Below are positions 37,733 to 50,524 of a stretch of 64,000 bases of DNA, piece by piece. The stretch lies in contig NC_058368.1 of assembly GCF_018350175.1 (NCBI RefSeq), positions 27,034,001 through 27,098,000 on the forward strand. Reading direction: 5' to 3'. The notes beneath the pieces were generated by a model. That model saw only the letters and a program-made list of their open reading frames with translations, was not told the origin of the DNA and made no database searches. The translations under genes were made by a program, and so were the position numbers. The stretch is from Felis catus (Eukaryota). How positions within the stretch are numbered: the stretch's first letter is position 1; each line of letters starts with the position of its first letter.

Positions 37733-38179
37733 GTTATATTAGTTACCTCTGGTGGAAACTAACAAAAATAACAATAAACTATGTGGCCTAAACAACACAC
37801 ACTTACACTCTTACAGTTCTGGAGGCCAGAAGTGTGCAACCAAGGTCTCGGTGAGGTTGGTTTCTTTTAAGAGCTGTGAGGGAGAATGTCTTCCATGCCC
37901 GTCTCCTAGCTTCTGGTAACCTCAAGTGTTTCTGGTGTATAGATGGCCATCCTTCTCCCTGTGTGTTCACATTGCCTTCCTTCTACGTGTGTCTATCCCT
38001 TGTTCAAATTTCCCCTTTTTAGAAGGATACCTTTCATACTGGATGAGGGCCTGCTTTAATGACTTCATCATAACCTGACCATCTTCAGAGGCTCTACTTC
38101 TAAATCAGGTCACATTTATGTGCATGAGAGATAAGCACTTCCATAGCATTTTGGAGTACACATTTCAAAACCCATCACA
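37733..38179 (-). mobile_element. MLT1B/C-like MaLR solo LTR
   Basis: CTTACAGTTCTGGAGGCCAGAAG..TCTCCTAGCTTCTGGT..GGTCACATT..CCCATCACA. Confidence 0.85.
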
Positions 38180-39490
38180 CTGTCAAAGGGATGGAGACTC
38201 CATTTGTTTTGACATCCCCTCAAGAAACTAGCACACTGCCTGTTGCTTAATATTGGTTGGATGAGTGAAGGACAAAGACCATAAAGGCCCCGGTCAAATT
38301 TAAGTTAAGAAATAAAGCGCAAGGATCAGAGGTGGATGGGCATTATGCTGACCCTTGGCCTCAATGCGTGCTTGCTTTCAGGACATTCCAAGTTAAGCAC
38401 CATCACGGATGTGCTGAGGTTTTTCCTTTAAAAGTGATAGCAAATACAGTTCTTACAAAATAGAGCCCTTGGTGTAAGCAACTCTTGCTTTGTCATTTCA
38501 GGCCGAACTGCCAATTTACATGCTGCCTCTGTCAGCACGTGGAGATATCCTACCATTTAAATCATACTTAGTCGGGCTCTTCTTCCTTCCCAGTCGCGTT
38601 GCCTTGCGCTTATTAAACGTAACGTCGTGTTCCCCAGCGCTAATCCATAAAGGCTATGCTAAGACACATCTGCTCTTGTTGTGTCAGCTGCCCCCTGTAT
38701 GCTTCCTTAGCTCACAATGATTAAAAGTTATCTTTTGAGTGTTTGGATTTGAGTGTGGATCAAATATGAGGATCCTGGTCTCCAGGTATCACTTAAATGA
38801 CCCGTTCTTTAGAGCTGTTTCTTTAGAAAGCCCCTTTTTCCTGTAAGGGAAGAGCTTTCTGGCCATGCCTACCTTACTTCCAGGAAAGGATTGCTTTTTA
38901 TACCCGAAGGAAGCCTCCTGCGGAGAGAAGCCAAAGGCCAGTGAGGGATTTCCACCTGGGGGTGAAGTAAGCATGTGTAGGAGCCTGAGAATTGATGTCA
39001 GCCCCTGGGGTAGTGTTACTTGTTGGCAGGCCAAGGTCTAGGAATGACTGAGTGCCTCAGGCCCTGGCCTTCCCTGAGGACCGCACAGCAGGTGGGCTGG
39101 AATAATTTACTTACAATCTTCTCAATCCTTTGGATGCTTTGATGTTCCTGGGGGTGGGGCCGCAGTCTGAGTGGTAGCGTTGGCCTAGACAGCATGGATT
39201 TATAAGTTGATGACAGGCAGTAGAAAACGAAAAGGAAAATAAACATTCATTTTACCATTTTTCACACCGACATTAGTCCGAAGAAAATTGGTAAATCAAA
39301 TGACAAATATTTATGGAGTGTGTGATCCGTGCAGGCATGGTTCTACCAGATGCTGTATACGGATGTATAACTTCATCCTGGCGCCTGCACTGCTTACCTG
39401 GCTTTTCCATTTTGTTCAGGAGCCTACTACCTTTGATTAGAGGCCTTCTATCACTTACCATGAGAGTGTCTACAGGGCTTCGTTAAAATG

Positions 39491-39592
39491 AGGACAACTG
39501 GCAGGCTCAGCTGGTAGAGCGTGCGACTCTTGATCTCGCAGTCCTGAGTTTGAGCCCCACGTTGGGTGTAGAGCTCACTAAAAAATGAAAAC
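39491..39592 (+). mobile_element. Short tRNA-Lys-like SINE / retroposed tRNA derivative
   Basis: GGCTCAGCTGGTAGAGCGTGCGACTCTTGATCTC..GTTTGAGCCCCACGTTGGG followed by AGAGCTCACT and an A tail; acceptor stem not intact. Confidence 0.8.
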
Positions 39593-39653
39593 AACCAATT
39601 TATATTGTTACACAGCGATCGATTCAGAGTGACGATGGAGTCGCCCGCCCTTT

Positions 39654-40225
39654 TGATGTGGAAATGGTGGGGTTCCGAGCAAATGGTCAAGAAAGAATTC
39701 TTGAGATGTCTTTGGTGCAAAAAGTGGTTGGCCCACGGGCAAAGAGAGCTAGCTGTACTGGGGGTGTGAGGAGTGGCTGATTATATACTTGGAAGTTGGG
39801 AGGGGGTTAGGGATAGCGTAAGTCTCTAAGGACATTTGGGAGCAAAGTTTCCAGGAGCTTGAGGGGGCTAGCTATTGTTAGGAAAAGGTCATTTATTACT
39901 GTCTAATAAAACCATAGTCATGAGACCCTTCAGATGTATATCAGGGGGCCATACTCTTGGAGCATGATTGCTAACATATATCTTGGGGGGTAGAGATAAA
40001 GGAACTTTCCAAAGGAATTTTTACATGTTAAAGAAGACTTATAGGATCCTGGAGGTTGCGATTATGTTTAAGCTAAATTTGCCTTTTGCCCTTAGCAAAG
40101 TATTAATAGCAAGGCAGTTGAGGTCCTAGAGGAAGGTCACTCTGCCTGTCTCAAGGACTTGTCAATGTAAGTTGTAAGGAAATTTCACTTTTTTTTCTTT
40201 TGCCTCTGTTCTGTTCCCCACATCA
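39654..40225 (-). mobile_element. Solo LTR, ERV1-type (572 bp)
   Basis: 8 bp terminal inverted repeat TGATGTGG...CCACATCA; 4 bp TSD CTTT (39650-39653 and 40226-40229); minus-strand TATATAA at 39781-39787. Confidence 0.88.
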
Positions 40226-41104
40226 CTTTGGCAATTACGTGTAGAGTTCAGTGAGCAATTGCATTTTGGTCATTAAACTGTCCTTAAATATCTTGCTGTG
40301 TACTCTAAAGCATGCACTACTACAGTTAGAACGTTCTAATAAATCCTATTTTAATAGTTAGGTCATTTTATGTGTGCCTAATACTTCTCTACTATTAAAG
40401 AGAAAATAAATGAGAAATAAAAGCTTAAGTGCGTTGAAAACTAAAAATGAATTTATTGTTGCTGAGTCTTTTCCCCACTTCCATTTTGCGTTCTCCACTT
40501 TCACTAATCTTAGATTTTTGAAAATTCACATGTAATAGTTTTATGGAATTGGTAAAAATATATTCATTGTTAAACTCTGATTTTCAAAAAAGGGAAAATA
40601 ATGTTCACGGCCTTTTAGTTGATAATTAACGTGGTAGTTTTTTTTTTTTATACCTCTGAGATTAGAGTGTTATTTATGATACATGGGAAATATTCTAATT
40701 AAAGAAATTATACTTTGAATCAAGACTCTATCAAACTTCCACAGAAAATGTTTGCACATGAGTAATTTAAAATAGGAATCTTAGTGTTTGTTCTGTCTGG
40801 GTTCTTCTCTGCCTCTCTCTCCTGATGGTTCCTTCTTTGTTTCTTTTAAGCCCATGAGTTTATGTTCAGTGTTTTTAAGCTGATAAAGTGTAAGCAATGA
40901 AGAAGGGCATTGTGCTCCTGGCAGAGAACTTGGAAGCTTGGTGTCCTCCTCCTCATTTTGCTCACCCTACATTTAGTCATCACTAAGCTCTGTCAGGTTT
41001 CTAGAATTCTTTCATATTTTTACTTTCCTTTTCCTTTACGTCTATGGACATCCCTTTCCAGGCTTTTCTTTCATTTTGTTTGTTTCTTTCATTTTGTTCA
41101 TACA

Positions 41105-41520
41105 GCCATTCATTCATTCATTCATTCGTTGTCCTTTGTACGTGTGCCAAAAATTGCTCTGGCGATAGCATCAAGGGTATTATAATTAGGAGATTATCCT
41201 GCAAAAGTCGTTGCTCTGATGGGGCTCCATGGTAAGTATAACTTACACATGGGAAGAGGAGCAACCGATTTGGCTTGGGCCAGTCCAGAAATACTCTAGA
41301 GAGAAATCGGCCTTCGGGTGGAGATTGGAACGAGTAGAACATTGCCAGATGGACTAGTGTGGTGGAGAGAAAGCGTTTCAAAGGAGACAGAGGGCGGGTG
41401 GCTTCGCACAGAGCTGTGCTGGGCGGAGTGTGTGCTCCTTGCCATTTGGGTGTAGATGGAGCATGAGGTGGGACAGAGGATGCGAGGCTAGACAGGGAGG
41501 CAGGAATCACACCTGGAAGG
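41105..41520 (-). mobile_element. L2 LINE 3' relic with (CATT)n tail
   Basis: (CATT)n at 41107-41127 followed by TACGTGTGCCA.. and purine-rich L2-antisense-like blocks. Confidence 0.55.
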
Positions 41521-44500
41521 TCCCCTTAACATGTTGCTGAGCCTGCCTTCCTGTCTCATGTCTACAAGTTGCAGTTGCCTTCAGTTCATTGTGCACATGG
41601 TGATGAGGCTGTCCTCGTGTGAAGAAGTGCTTATCTCCTGCCCAGCTCCTGCCTGGTCTCCTTGCTTCCCAAGGGAAGCCCAGCCTTCCTAACTGGTCAT
41701 TTGAGGATCTCGGCCATTTCCCTCTTTTATTTACTCTGAAAATCCTTGACCCCAGCTAGATTTGCTGCCTTGCTTTGCACACAGTTTGTCCCTTTTTCTT
41801 CCAAGCTTCCCTTTTCAAAATCCACCCATACTCCACAATCCCACTCAAATTCATATCCTTTGTATGAAAATTTTCTCCACTCATATGCAATTTTACTCCC
41901 TCTGAACTCCAGGGGAACTTTTGAGGGACTCTTCCCATCACAATTTCATATGCTTCTTCATATCCCCCATGTTACTTATAATACTTTCAGAGAACCATTG
42001 CGTGGTGCAGGGAAGGGCCACCTGCCTATTACATACCCTGTCTACGCCAAAAGAGCAACTTCTTGCATAGAGCAGGCATCGCATTGATGTTTGTTAAAAG
42101 AGTAGAGAGAAACAGAGCTCCTTTAATTTGTAAGGCTCTTACAGAGGTGGAACTGAGGGATTGATTAATTGTCATATGAAAGAGGCAGTGGTTAATGTAA
42201 TGTCCAGATGAAACTCTTGCAGGGCAGAATAATTGTTGGTGGAAGGCAGAAGGATTCCATTCAACAAAAAGCAGAATATGTATAGAAAAGAAACACATTC
42301 TGGAGACTAGGGCTTAGACACGGGAAGAAGAAACTTAGAAAGCCATTAAGCCATATGTGAGTGGTCTTGACAGTGAATGACAAATGACCTAACAGGTAAA
42401 AGCACCTATATTGCATTAAGATGCTCTGCATCTTTATATGAGATGGCCTCTGGAAGACCTGATTCAATTTAAGACTCCTCAGTTGCAGATCTGGAGACAA
42501 TCACAAATTCAGAAATATATTTATGAATGTCTGTTGCCACTGAGCTCAAAAGACCATAATCCTATTACTTGTGATTTTGAAAAGGGTAAACATGAATAAC
42601 TGAAAGGAGATATTGATTAAAGAAGTAATATGAACAGGAATAATGGAATTAAAGTAATTGAGGCAATATTGGGCCTAATGGACCTTGTTCTCTTAATGCC
42701 TTTCTTCTACTCTTTGTATTGAGTTGGCCCTAAAGTCGATTGGACCATGTGCACAGAAAGAGAAGGACGTAATGGAAGAGTTAGTATTGGTGTCTATAAA
42801 AAAATCAATCTGTTGTTCTTACAGAAGAACATCAGTCAGTCTGTGAAATCGATTAATTGGATTTTTTTTACATTTGGCTTATAAGATAATGAGACACATG
42901 ACGGGAAAAGACTACATGCCTTGCACATAGTAGATACTCAGTAAATGTTTCTTGAATTAAAAACCGACGGGTACCATGGATTTAGTTTACAAATAACTTC
43001 AGCGTAAGCCCTTTTGTCAGTAGTAATTCAGTCCGTCGCTCCTTTGGCTTGACTATCCGTGGTACTGTAAATTTGGATTCCTCAGTTTCCTAGGATCTCT
43101 GAAGTGAGTTCTCTCACATTTCTGCTGCCAAGCCGTCCTTTATTTAATCGGGGATCTCTGCATGTCTTAGGGTCCGAGTTATTTTCTGTGGCTAGACTTT
43201 CTGCCCCATCGTGCCTTTGCAGTTTACATTGTTTCACACATCGTTTTGATGAAGTTACTCCCTGTTCAGTGTCTCCGAGTTCATTCCTCACTCAGACTTC
43301 AGCACCTCTCATCCACACTTGCCTTCCCACCACCTCCTACCCGGATCCGACGGGGAGGACAGTTTTGTTTTCATTTTCGAACATGGGCAGTATTCTCCTT
43401 GGAGTCCTTCCTCTCATAGCTATATACATCCAATTAAGAGTCAGTTCTGCCTCAGGCAATAGTTATATTCCTTCAAACTGTGGATTACCGAAACCTGTTA
43501 TGAAGACAATGATTTCAGTGGGATAAATGGCGTTAGAGACTACAGACTTGCAGGTGCACGGCCACAAGGTTATTTTACCTACAGTTATTTCAGTAATAAT
43601 GGTGTTTTCAATCTGTATAAGTCTGCAACTTCAAAACCAGTAGGTCACTGAAAAAAAGTACAATGTTTTACTGTATCTCTTTTTACAAGTATGCAGTGCA
43701 CTGAACCGGTACTTAAAAAAAATTATTTCAAATCTTTATGAGCCACTATGGTGACAAACAGAGAAAAAAAGACTTAAAGCCGCTGTATTGTAAGCAGCTT
43801 TTTTCCCTTATGCCAGCAGCCTTAGTCTGCAAAAATAAATCTCATTGTTCAATCAATTGATCACTTTATATTTCATACACATTATGCAAACTCCACAGAA
43901 GAAATGTTTTTAACGTTTATTTTTCAAAGCTGTGTCTTAGCCCTTTTTCCTCCATTGGGCGTGACACTTGCTATTCGACTCTTTTGCCTGGCAGTTTTTT
44001 TCCCTCTGAATACTCTCTTTTTGGCTAATTATTGATTCCAGGATCTCTTTAGTAGTTCACGTTTTTGAGAATTTTTACAGGTGTTCTGAAATAGGGGCAT
44101 ACTTTTATGCCCAATACATACAGTGCCCAATACATTGTTAGAACAGTGAGAAGCATTAGTTTATAAGAGCAGGCAATTATCAAATTCAGTTCCACCTACA
44201 CCCCAGTTGCTATTTTTCCTACCTCCTGTTCCTCCTGAACATCGAACCTTACTGTCTCAACGGTGAAGAAAAATTGAGTAATGCCAACAGCGTGAAAAAA
44301 TGAGGAGTGGCTGACAGTTTTCAGGTTAAAGATGAGTACATGTTTTAGTTCCTGGCCCTTCCTGAAACTCCATTAAAATGACTTTTAAGGGATTTTTTTT
44401 TTTAAGGCACACACCCATAAGAACAAAGAAATGAGGTTAACAGCCCCAGCATTTGGGAATCTGGGATACAGATGGATGAATGTTAGCATATAGAGCAGGC

Positions 44501-44663
44501 CTGAGAAGGCAGAATTTTAATCTGGCAGGGGAGAAAGGAAGAAGAAGCCCAGTTTACACCAATGAAACCTGCAAAAGCTCAGGAATTTTGAGCAACAAGA
44601 ACCCTCTGGAAATGGGAGTGAAGAAAGGGTTAACCTTAGGAGTGTTCGGCTGAAAGTTTAGAT

Positions 44664-44733
44664 CTGCTCTCGAACTGTATACTGTATACTGCTCTCGAAC
44701 TGTAGTACTGTATACTGCTCTCGACTGTAGATA
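44664..44733. repeat. Short tandem repeat, ~25 bp unit, ~2.7 copies
   Basis: CTGCTCTCGAACTGTA(G)TACTGTATA starting at 44664, 44689 and 44715 (partial). Confidence 0.9.
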
Positions 44734-45526
44734 ACTGTCCCTCTTCCCCTCAAACAGAGCAATGGAGATTTTTTTTTTTAATGTAGAAATGATAAAATAG
44801 GTTTCTGGGTTAGCAGATATCAGGGAAAGTTAAAAGTGGTATTACATAGTCTTGAAATCAGGGAAATTGCATTGACTTACCAAATCCTGAGAACCACAGC
44901 AGCTACCCTCTTATGCCCCTTAACCTGAGAGCAGGCAGGATGATACCCTACCTGAAGGAGGCTCCAAGAGACTTCCTTGGTGTTGTGACCTAAAAATAAA
45001 ACTCAAGGATACTGATATCAAGCGTTCCCTTGAAGAAGAGGCCTAACTAGAACAATCCTAAAATAAATCCCAAATCAACAACCCATCCTCTCCAACCTTA
45101 CTGTTGGCTTTCTAGTTCCCCACTTCTAAATATCAGCACACAGCCAAGGATCGTCAGATATTTAAGAAAAGTATTATAAGAGATAGAAACTAAAACGTGC
45201 AAACATTAAAAAAAGCATCTTGGAGAAAACAGGACCTTTTCAGGAAGAAGAAATCTTAAAAAAGAAATCATCTGTATCTACAGAGAGATAAAGTGTGGTA
45301 TTGAAGCCACGAAAGAGAATAGAATTTATAAGGGTTAGAAGACCAAGGTAAGCAAATTCTAGGATGTGGAGTAAGAAGAATAGAAAATAATACAAAAAGA
45401 TAGAAAATGTATAGGATTGCTTCATGAAGTCCAGTGGCTAAAAATAGTAACCCAAGATTGAGCGATTATAGAAAACAGAGGACAGAAAACCATCCAAGAA
45501 ATAATTTAACAAAATTTCCCACAACC

Positions 45527-45702
45527 AGGGCGCCTGGGTGGCTCAGAAGGTTAAGCATCTGACTTGATTTCGGCTCAAATCACGATCCCATGGTTGTGAG
45601 GTCGAGTCCCACATTGGGTTTGTGCTCAGCATGGAGCCTACTCAAGACTCTCCCTCCCTCTCCTTCTGCTCCTCCCCAACGTGCATTCTCTGTCTCTCTC
45701 AC
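45527..45702 (+). mobile_element. Older Can-SINE with eroded tail
   Basis: GGGCGCCTGGGTGGCTCAG head, GAGCCT..CTCTCCCTC body, no clear poly(A). Confidence 0.88.
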
Positions 45703-46711
45703 AATTTTTTTCCCTCACAATCAAAGATAGAAGTTTCCAAGTAAAATATTACCAACGCATTCTCGTGAAACTTTACAAAATTACGGTACGCTCTAATAAA
45801 TGACAGGGTAAGCCCATAAAAACACCCAGGATCCCAGGGACAGGACCAACACAAGAGCCAGGAGTGTGGCAGGACTAGTGATCCTCTCATGTAATTTTGG
45901 GATAGGTAGAGGGGTTCAGGAGAGACTTCTTCAAGATGGAGAAACTGATAAGACATCCGCCGTGTGTGTGTGTGGAGAGGAGAGTTGGAAGTCTAGGGGA
46001 GGAGTTGGGGAGAACCTCATGATAAGTATATAGGAAACTAACCCAAATTAAATGTAACAGTGATTAACTCCAGGAAAGACAAAAATTAAGTAGAAAAGGA
46101 GATGTTATCATGGCATATTACACAACTCAATTACTAAGTGTCTCCATGGCAATAATGATATGAAAATTGATATTGAAGCTAATCAAAATTGTGGTAGAAA
46201 TCTGAGAGGATGGGAACATGGGGCATGTATATGTGTGTGAAAGAACACTTACCCTTATCTTCCTCCCTGGTAAACCGACGGGTAGTGCCTAAAATGGGAA
46301 AACCAAGAAGTGGTACCATAAGCATGTTATTTAAATCCGTTGTCAATTTTGCCTCATCATAGCACACACAGAAACTGGTTACTTAATAATGCCCCAAGCT
46401 CAGGACATCCATTTGGAGAACACTGCATGGATAAGAAACTTCCAAATAGAACCTTTTCACATCTTCTAATGAGAAACCCGAGCTTGCTTTCATGACCGTT
46501 ACTTTTTAAATATTGCTTTTATTATATGCCTGGGAAAGCTAAATGCACTTCTTCATCAAGATTTCAATGATTCTCTAAATTCTTGTTAGTTGCTATCAAA
46601 TACTGTGCAAGTAGTGATTTAGAAAATTTCAAACCACTTCACCACTATTGTGAATTTTACGAAAGTTCAAAATTTTTAAAAGTCAATAGCTTCAATCCTT
46701 TTTTTTTTTTA

Positions 46712-46924
46712 TTTTTTTCAACGTTTATTTATTTTTTGGGGGACAGAGAGAGACAGAGCATGAACGGGGGAGGGGCAGAGAGAGAGGGAGACACAGAATC
46801 GGAAACAGGCTCCAGGCTCCGAGCCATCAGCCCAGAGCCCGACGCGGGGCTCGAACTCACGGACCGCGAGATCGTGACCTGGCTGAAGTCGGACGCTTAA
46901 CCGACTGCGCCACCCAGGCGCCCC
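46712..46924 (-). mobile_element. Young Felis-type Can-SINE
   Basis: CpG-intact body; perfect duplication AATCC(T)12A at 46694-46711 and 46925-46942. Confidence 0.97.
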
Positions 46925-47655
46925 AATCCTTTTTTTTTTTTAACTATAGAAGTGCAAGACTCTGACATTCCCCATCTGAAGAGAGCAAAAATGATGAAGC
47001 TCTACGTGGTAAAATATGTGTTTATTGTTACGGTAGGCATCCCATTGGTAGCTTGGTTGCCAACGAAAGTGCACATCAGCCCCACATGGAAAGAAGCAGC
47101 TGAAACCCTTTAGGAGAGAATTTGGGGAGCCTCCAGCTGTAGCTTTGCCTACCAGGTCCCCTTCCCAAACTCTTCCCAAACTCTCAAATACCCACCAGCA
47201 TCTTCAAGGGCCACTTCTCCACGAAGGGGAGGGGTGCCTCTTGCAGCAGCCTGTTGAAGCGGGGATCCACGGACGTGTTTAATGTCTCTCTCAGTTGAGC
47301 AGGGAGCACTGTGCCTTTGGACTCTGGCAAAGCTGATGGCCAGTGGTCATCTGTCCCCGGGTGCCAGTTACCCAGACCCCACCTGGTGCCCTGGGGCTGA
47401 GGTATGTCAGTACCTCGTGACAAACACGGAACCCGCTCGTAGCAGAGCAGAATGTCAAAACCTGCTACCGGTTGGAAAGCACTGACTTCCAGATGTGGAA
47501 GCAGAGTCCACAATAATTACTTAGAGAGCTGAAAGCACCTAGGAGGTGCTTACAGTCAATTGAAACTGTTATGAATAAATTGGTACAAATACAAACTACC
47601 TTAAAAAGAAAAATCTCTCATGTGTTCCTATTAGAACTTCCAGACCTTTTGTCTT

Positions 47656-47866
47656 TTTTTGTTTTGTTTTGTTTTGTTTTGAAGGAGAGAGAGACAGAGC
47701 TTGAGTGGGGGAGGAGCAGAGAGAGAGGGAGACACAGAATTCGAAGCAGGCTCCAGGCTCTAAGCTGTCAGCACAGAGCCTAATGCGGGGCTCAAACTCA
47801 CAAACTGTTAGATCATGACCCGAGCTGAAGTCGGACACCCAACTGACTGAGCCACCCAGGTGCCCC
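47656..47866 (-). mobile_element. Can-SINE (felid type) with (GTTTT)n tail
   Basis: TSD CAGACCTTTTGTCTT at 47641-47655 and 47867-47881. Confidence 0.95.
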
Positions 47867-50524
47867 CAGACCTTTTGTCTTATCGAGGCACTGAGGAGAA
47901 CTGCTTTCAACTCTGTTTTCTTGAGATGAGATGATGAAATGTATACAGCTGTGGAATATGGTCTGCTTTTAAACTCAGAAGCTACTCAGTTTGCGGGGTG
48001 TCTGTATGCTGTGTGTAGAGACCATTTTGTCTATACCATTAAGATAAGGGAAAAAACAGTACATCTGAAGACAGCAAACTTCATGTTTTTAATAAAAGAA
48101 AAAAAAGTTGAAATTAATGGGGAATATAGCTTGTGTTTTGAATCGTCAGTTAATTGTTTTCCTGCTGTCCCTTTAACATGCTCCTGGGGAAGTTAGCAAA
48201 AATGTTTTAGGGGAAGAGTTAGGAAATGGACAGCCACTCTTTCACTAAATTAGCTGGAAAAGAAGAAAGGCACTTGAGAATACATAGTGGAGAGCTCCCC
48301 TTCCTAATGCAGAGGGGACGGAGAGTGTGGTCCATTTGGTGCCCTCCATATTCAAGGCTGAAATTGGAAACAATGGCCCTTTAATTCGCTGCTCAGTTAA
48401 TGGGCCTGCTGATTTACCCTCATTTTTTAGACATCTAATATGTCCTTAAAACCCTCTCAAGGGTTTTATACTTTTAGCCTGAGGTCTCTGTGCTTCATTT
48501 TTCCTTTTGTTCTTCAGACACTCTCATTGCCTCTCTCTGTTTCATCCTCTGAGAGGTTCGGAATAATGCATGGTGTGAGCTGAATAATTGGGATGAAGCT
48601 GGTGACATGTCTTGATGATGTTAAGCCACTCAAAATCCTAGGAAATAGTCCCAGCTTGCATTAGCAGTAGATTAATTCAGGTGAACTTTAGAGTCTTAAT
48701 TTTTTAGAAATTTACATTTTCACCAGTGATGATTGAAAAACATTGGCATTCTTTCTGCCCACATTACTGATTACAATTGCAAATACTTGCAAAAAGTGCT
48801 AGAATGACTTCTCACTGTTCCATAAGGAGCAGAGTGTTATTTTCCCCATTTAATGGCTATTAAATATTTTAAAAAACAATTTTCCAAAAATATATCCATA
48901 CCCATATGTAACATTGCATAAATCACAATGGGAAATGTATTCTGATATGCATGCCTAATAATACTTGTGTAGGTAGGTTTATGTGTTTAAGAGAGTTTGC
49001 CAAGAGGAAAGGTCACATTGGGGGGAGGTTTCTCATTTGAGACTTCATTATGAGAGTGGTAAAAACGGGGTGCTTTCGGATGAAGTCAAGAGAGTGATTA
49101 CTCAGGTAGCTGGCAACTTTTTGCCCCAGGATTTCCTGAGTGTGAGCTAGATGTGAGTCCAGGCCTTATGATCTGAATCAAGCGTTGGAAAACCATGGTG
49201 AACTAGTTATTTAGTATGTGGGATCAAGGAAACCCAACAGCTCGTGAATTTGCCCCATGAAAGATGAGCAGAGGAATCTATTCTGAGTGGAGATTCAAAG
49301 GAGAGCAGGAACATGTCACAGGGAGGCATATTGGGAGAGAAGGGTTGGCCCTACTTTCTGGAGAGCAGAGGCTGTAGCAGACAGGTCTAAGGCAAGGGAG
49401 CAGGGAACAGCTGGGAAGGAGGAGAATTGGGGAAAGAAAGGAGTCAGCTGGTGGACTTTTAAATCTGGGATTGAAATTTAATTTCAAAAGAAACATTTGG
49501 AACACTTGGCGACAAGTGACACGATCAAAATGACATTTGGGGAACATGATTCTTGCTGTGGGTTGTGAAATAACTCAGAAGAGGAGTATGAAGGCTGGTG
49601 CATGATGAGAAGGTCCCCAGCCGAGGAAGGGAAAAGGGAAAGGGATTGGACTTGGTGACAAGATCCATAGAGAAGACACAAGGGAAAGAGAAGTTATAGA
49701 TAATTTTCAGTCAAGCCTGGGCTGCTGCCTTGAAGAACTCCTCCCATCCTGGTGGGTCCAAAAGAAAAAAAAAAGGGTAGGGTATCTGGAAGAAATGTCC
49801 AAATGCCTTCTTGAACATGTCAGTTCTCTTCCGAGCTTGCAAGTCATGGAACAGTGGAAATGAAACGGATTGCAAAAGATAGGAATTTGTTAAGTTGATC
49901 AGTTCTCATTTGGATGTGCTCCGACCCTTCCCCTCATTCCACCAGCTCCCAGGAGATCCTAGAGGCAGCAGTAAATAAAGGAGCGTGATGAGGGTTAGCG
50001 GTCAGAGAAGGGAATGAACACAGCCCTGCGGATCTTTGTGCACACACAGTAATTGGATGTGGCTGTGTGGATAAGCATTCCATGTCACAGAGAGGAGAAG
50101 GGAAGAGCAGAGGCTTGGAGGCAAACACTGTGAGCGGCTTTGTGGGAAGGCCAAGGGAGAAAAGAAGCCAGAGAAAGATTGGTCAGGGTGGCAGGAAACC
50201 CGTGAAATTGTTTGATCTAAACTTGAAATAGATATTTGCTTCATTAGAGCCGACAGTATGAATCGGGTTCTTAGGTCATAAATTAAGGGACAGCTTCCTC
50301 CCCCAAGACAGAGCATCCACAGAGAATTCCCAATAAAAATATAGCAAGGCAAGCCTCCAAACTGACATAGCTGAGCAGATGTTCAACTGCCAGAGAGATT
50401 TTCATGAGCCCCTACTCTTTTACAAATACAATGCACCTTTATTCTTATACTGAACCATGAAAATTCTTTAAATGGATGTCAGGAAATTTTCAAGAAATTC
50501 CTGCACTCCACAGTGGTGGAGCTA

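Larger units (their letters stand above)
44300..46340 (+). mobile_element. Ancient HAL1 / L1M ORF1-region relic, interrupted by a SINE
   Basis: A-rich + strand with decayed ORF1-like segment and blocks GGAGTTGGGG..TGATAAGTATATAGGAAACTAA..ATTAACTCCAGGAAA resembling the HAL1 3' region as I recall it. Confidence 0.5.

Noticed and set aside
39491..39592. Functional tRNA-Lys gene
   Set aside because: Has A/B-box-like sequence but a broken acceptor stem, a SINE-type 3' extension and an A tail rather than a T-run terminator.
37199..44733. Short direct repeats (37199-37260, 44664-44733) as a CRISPR-like array
   Set aside because: Mammalian context, only 2-3 copies, no unique spacers and no associated genes.
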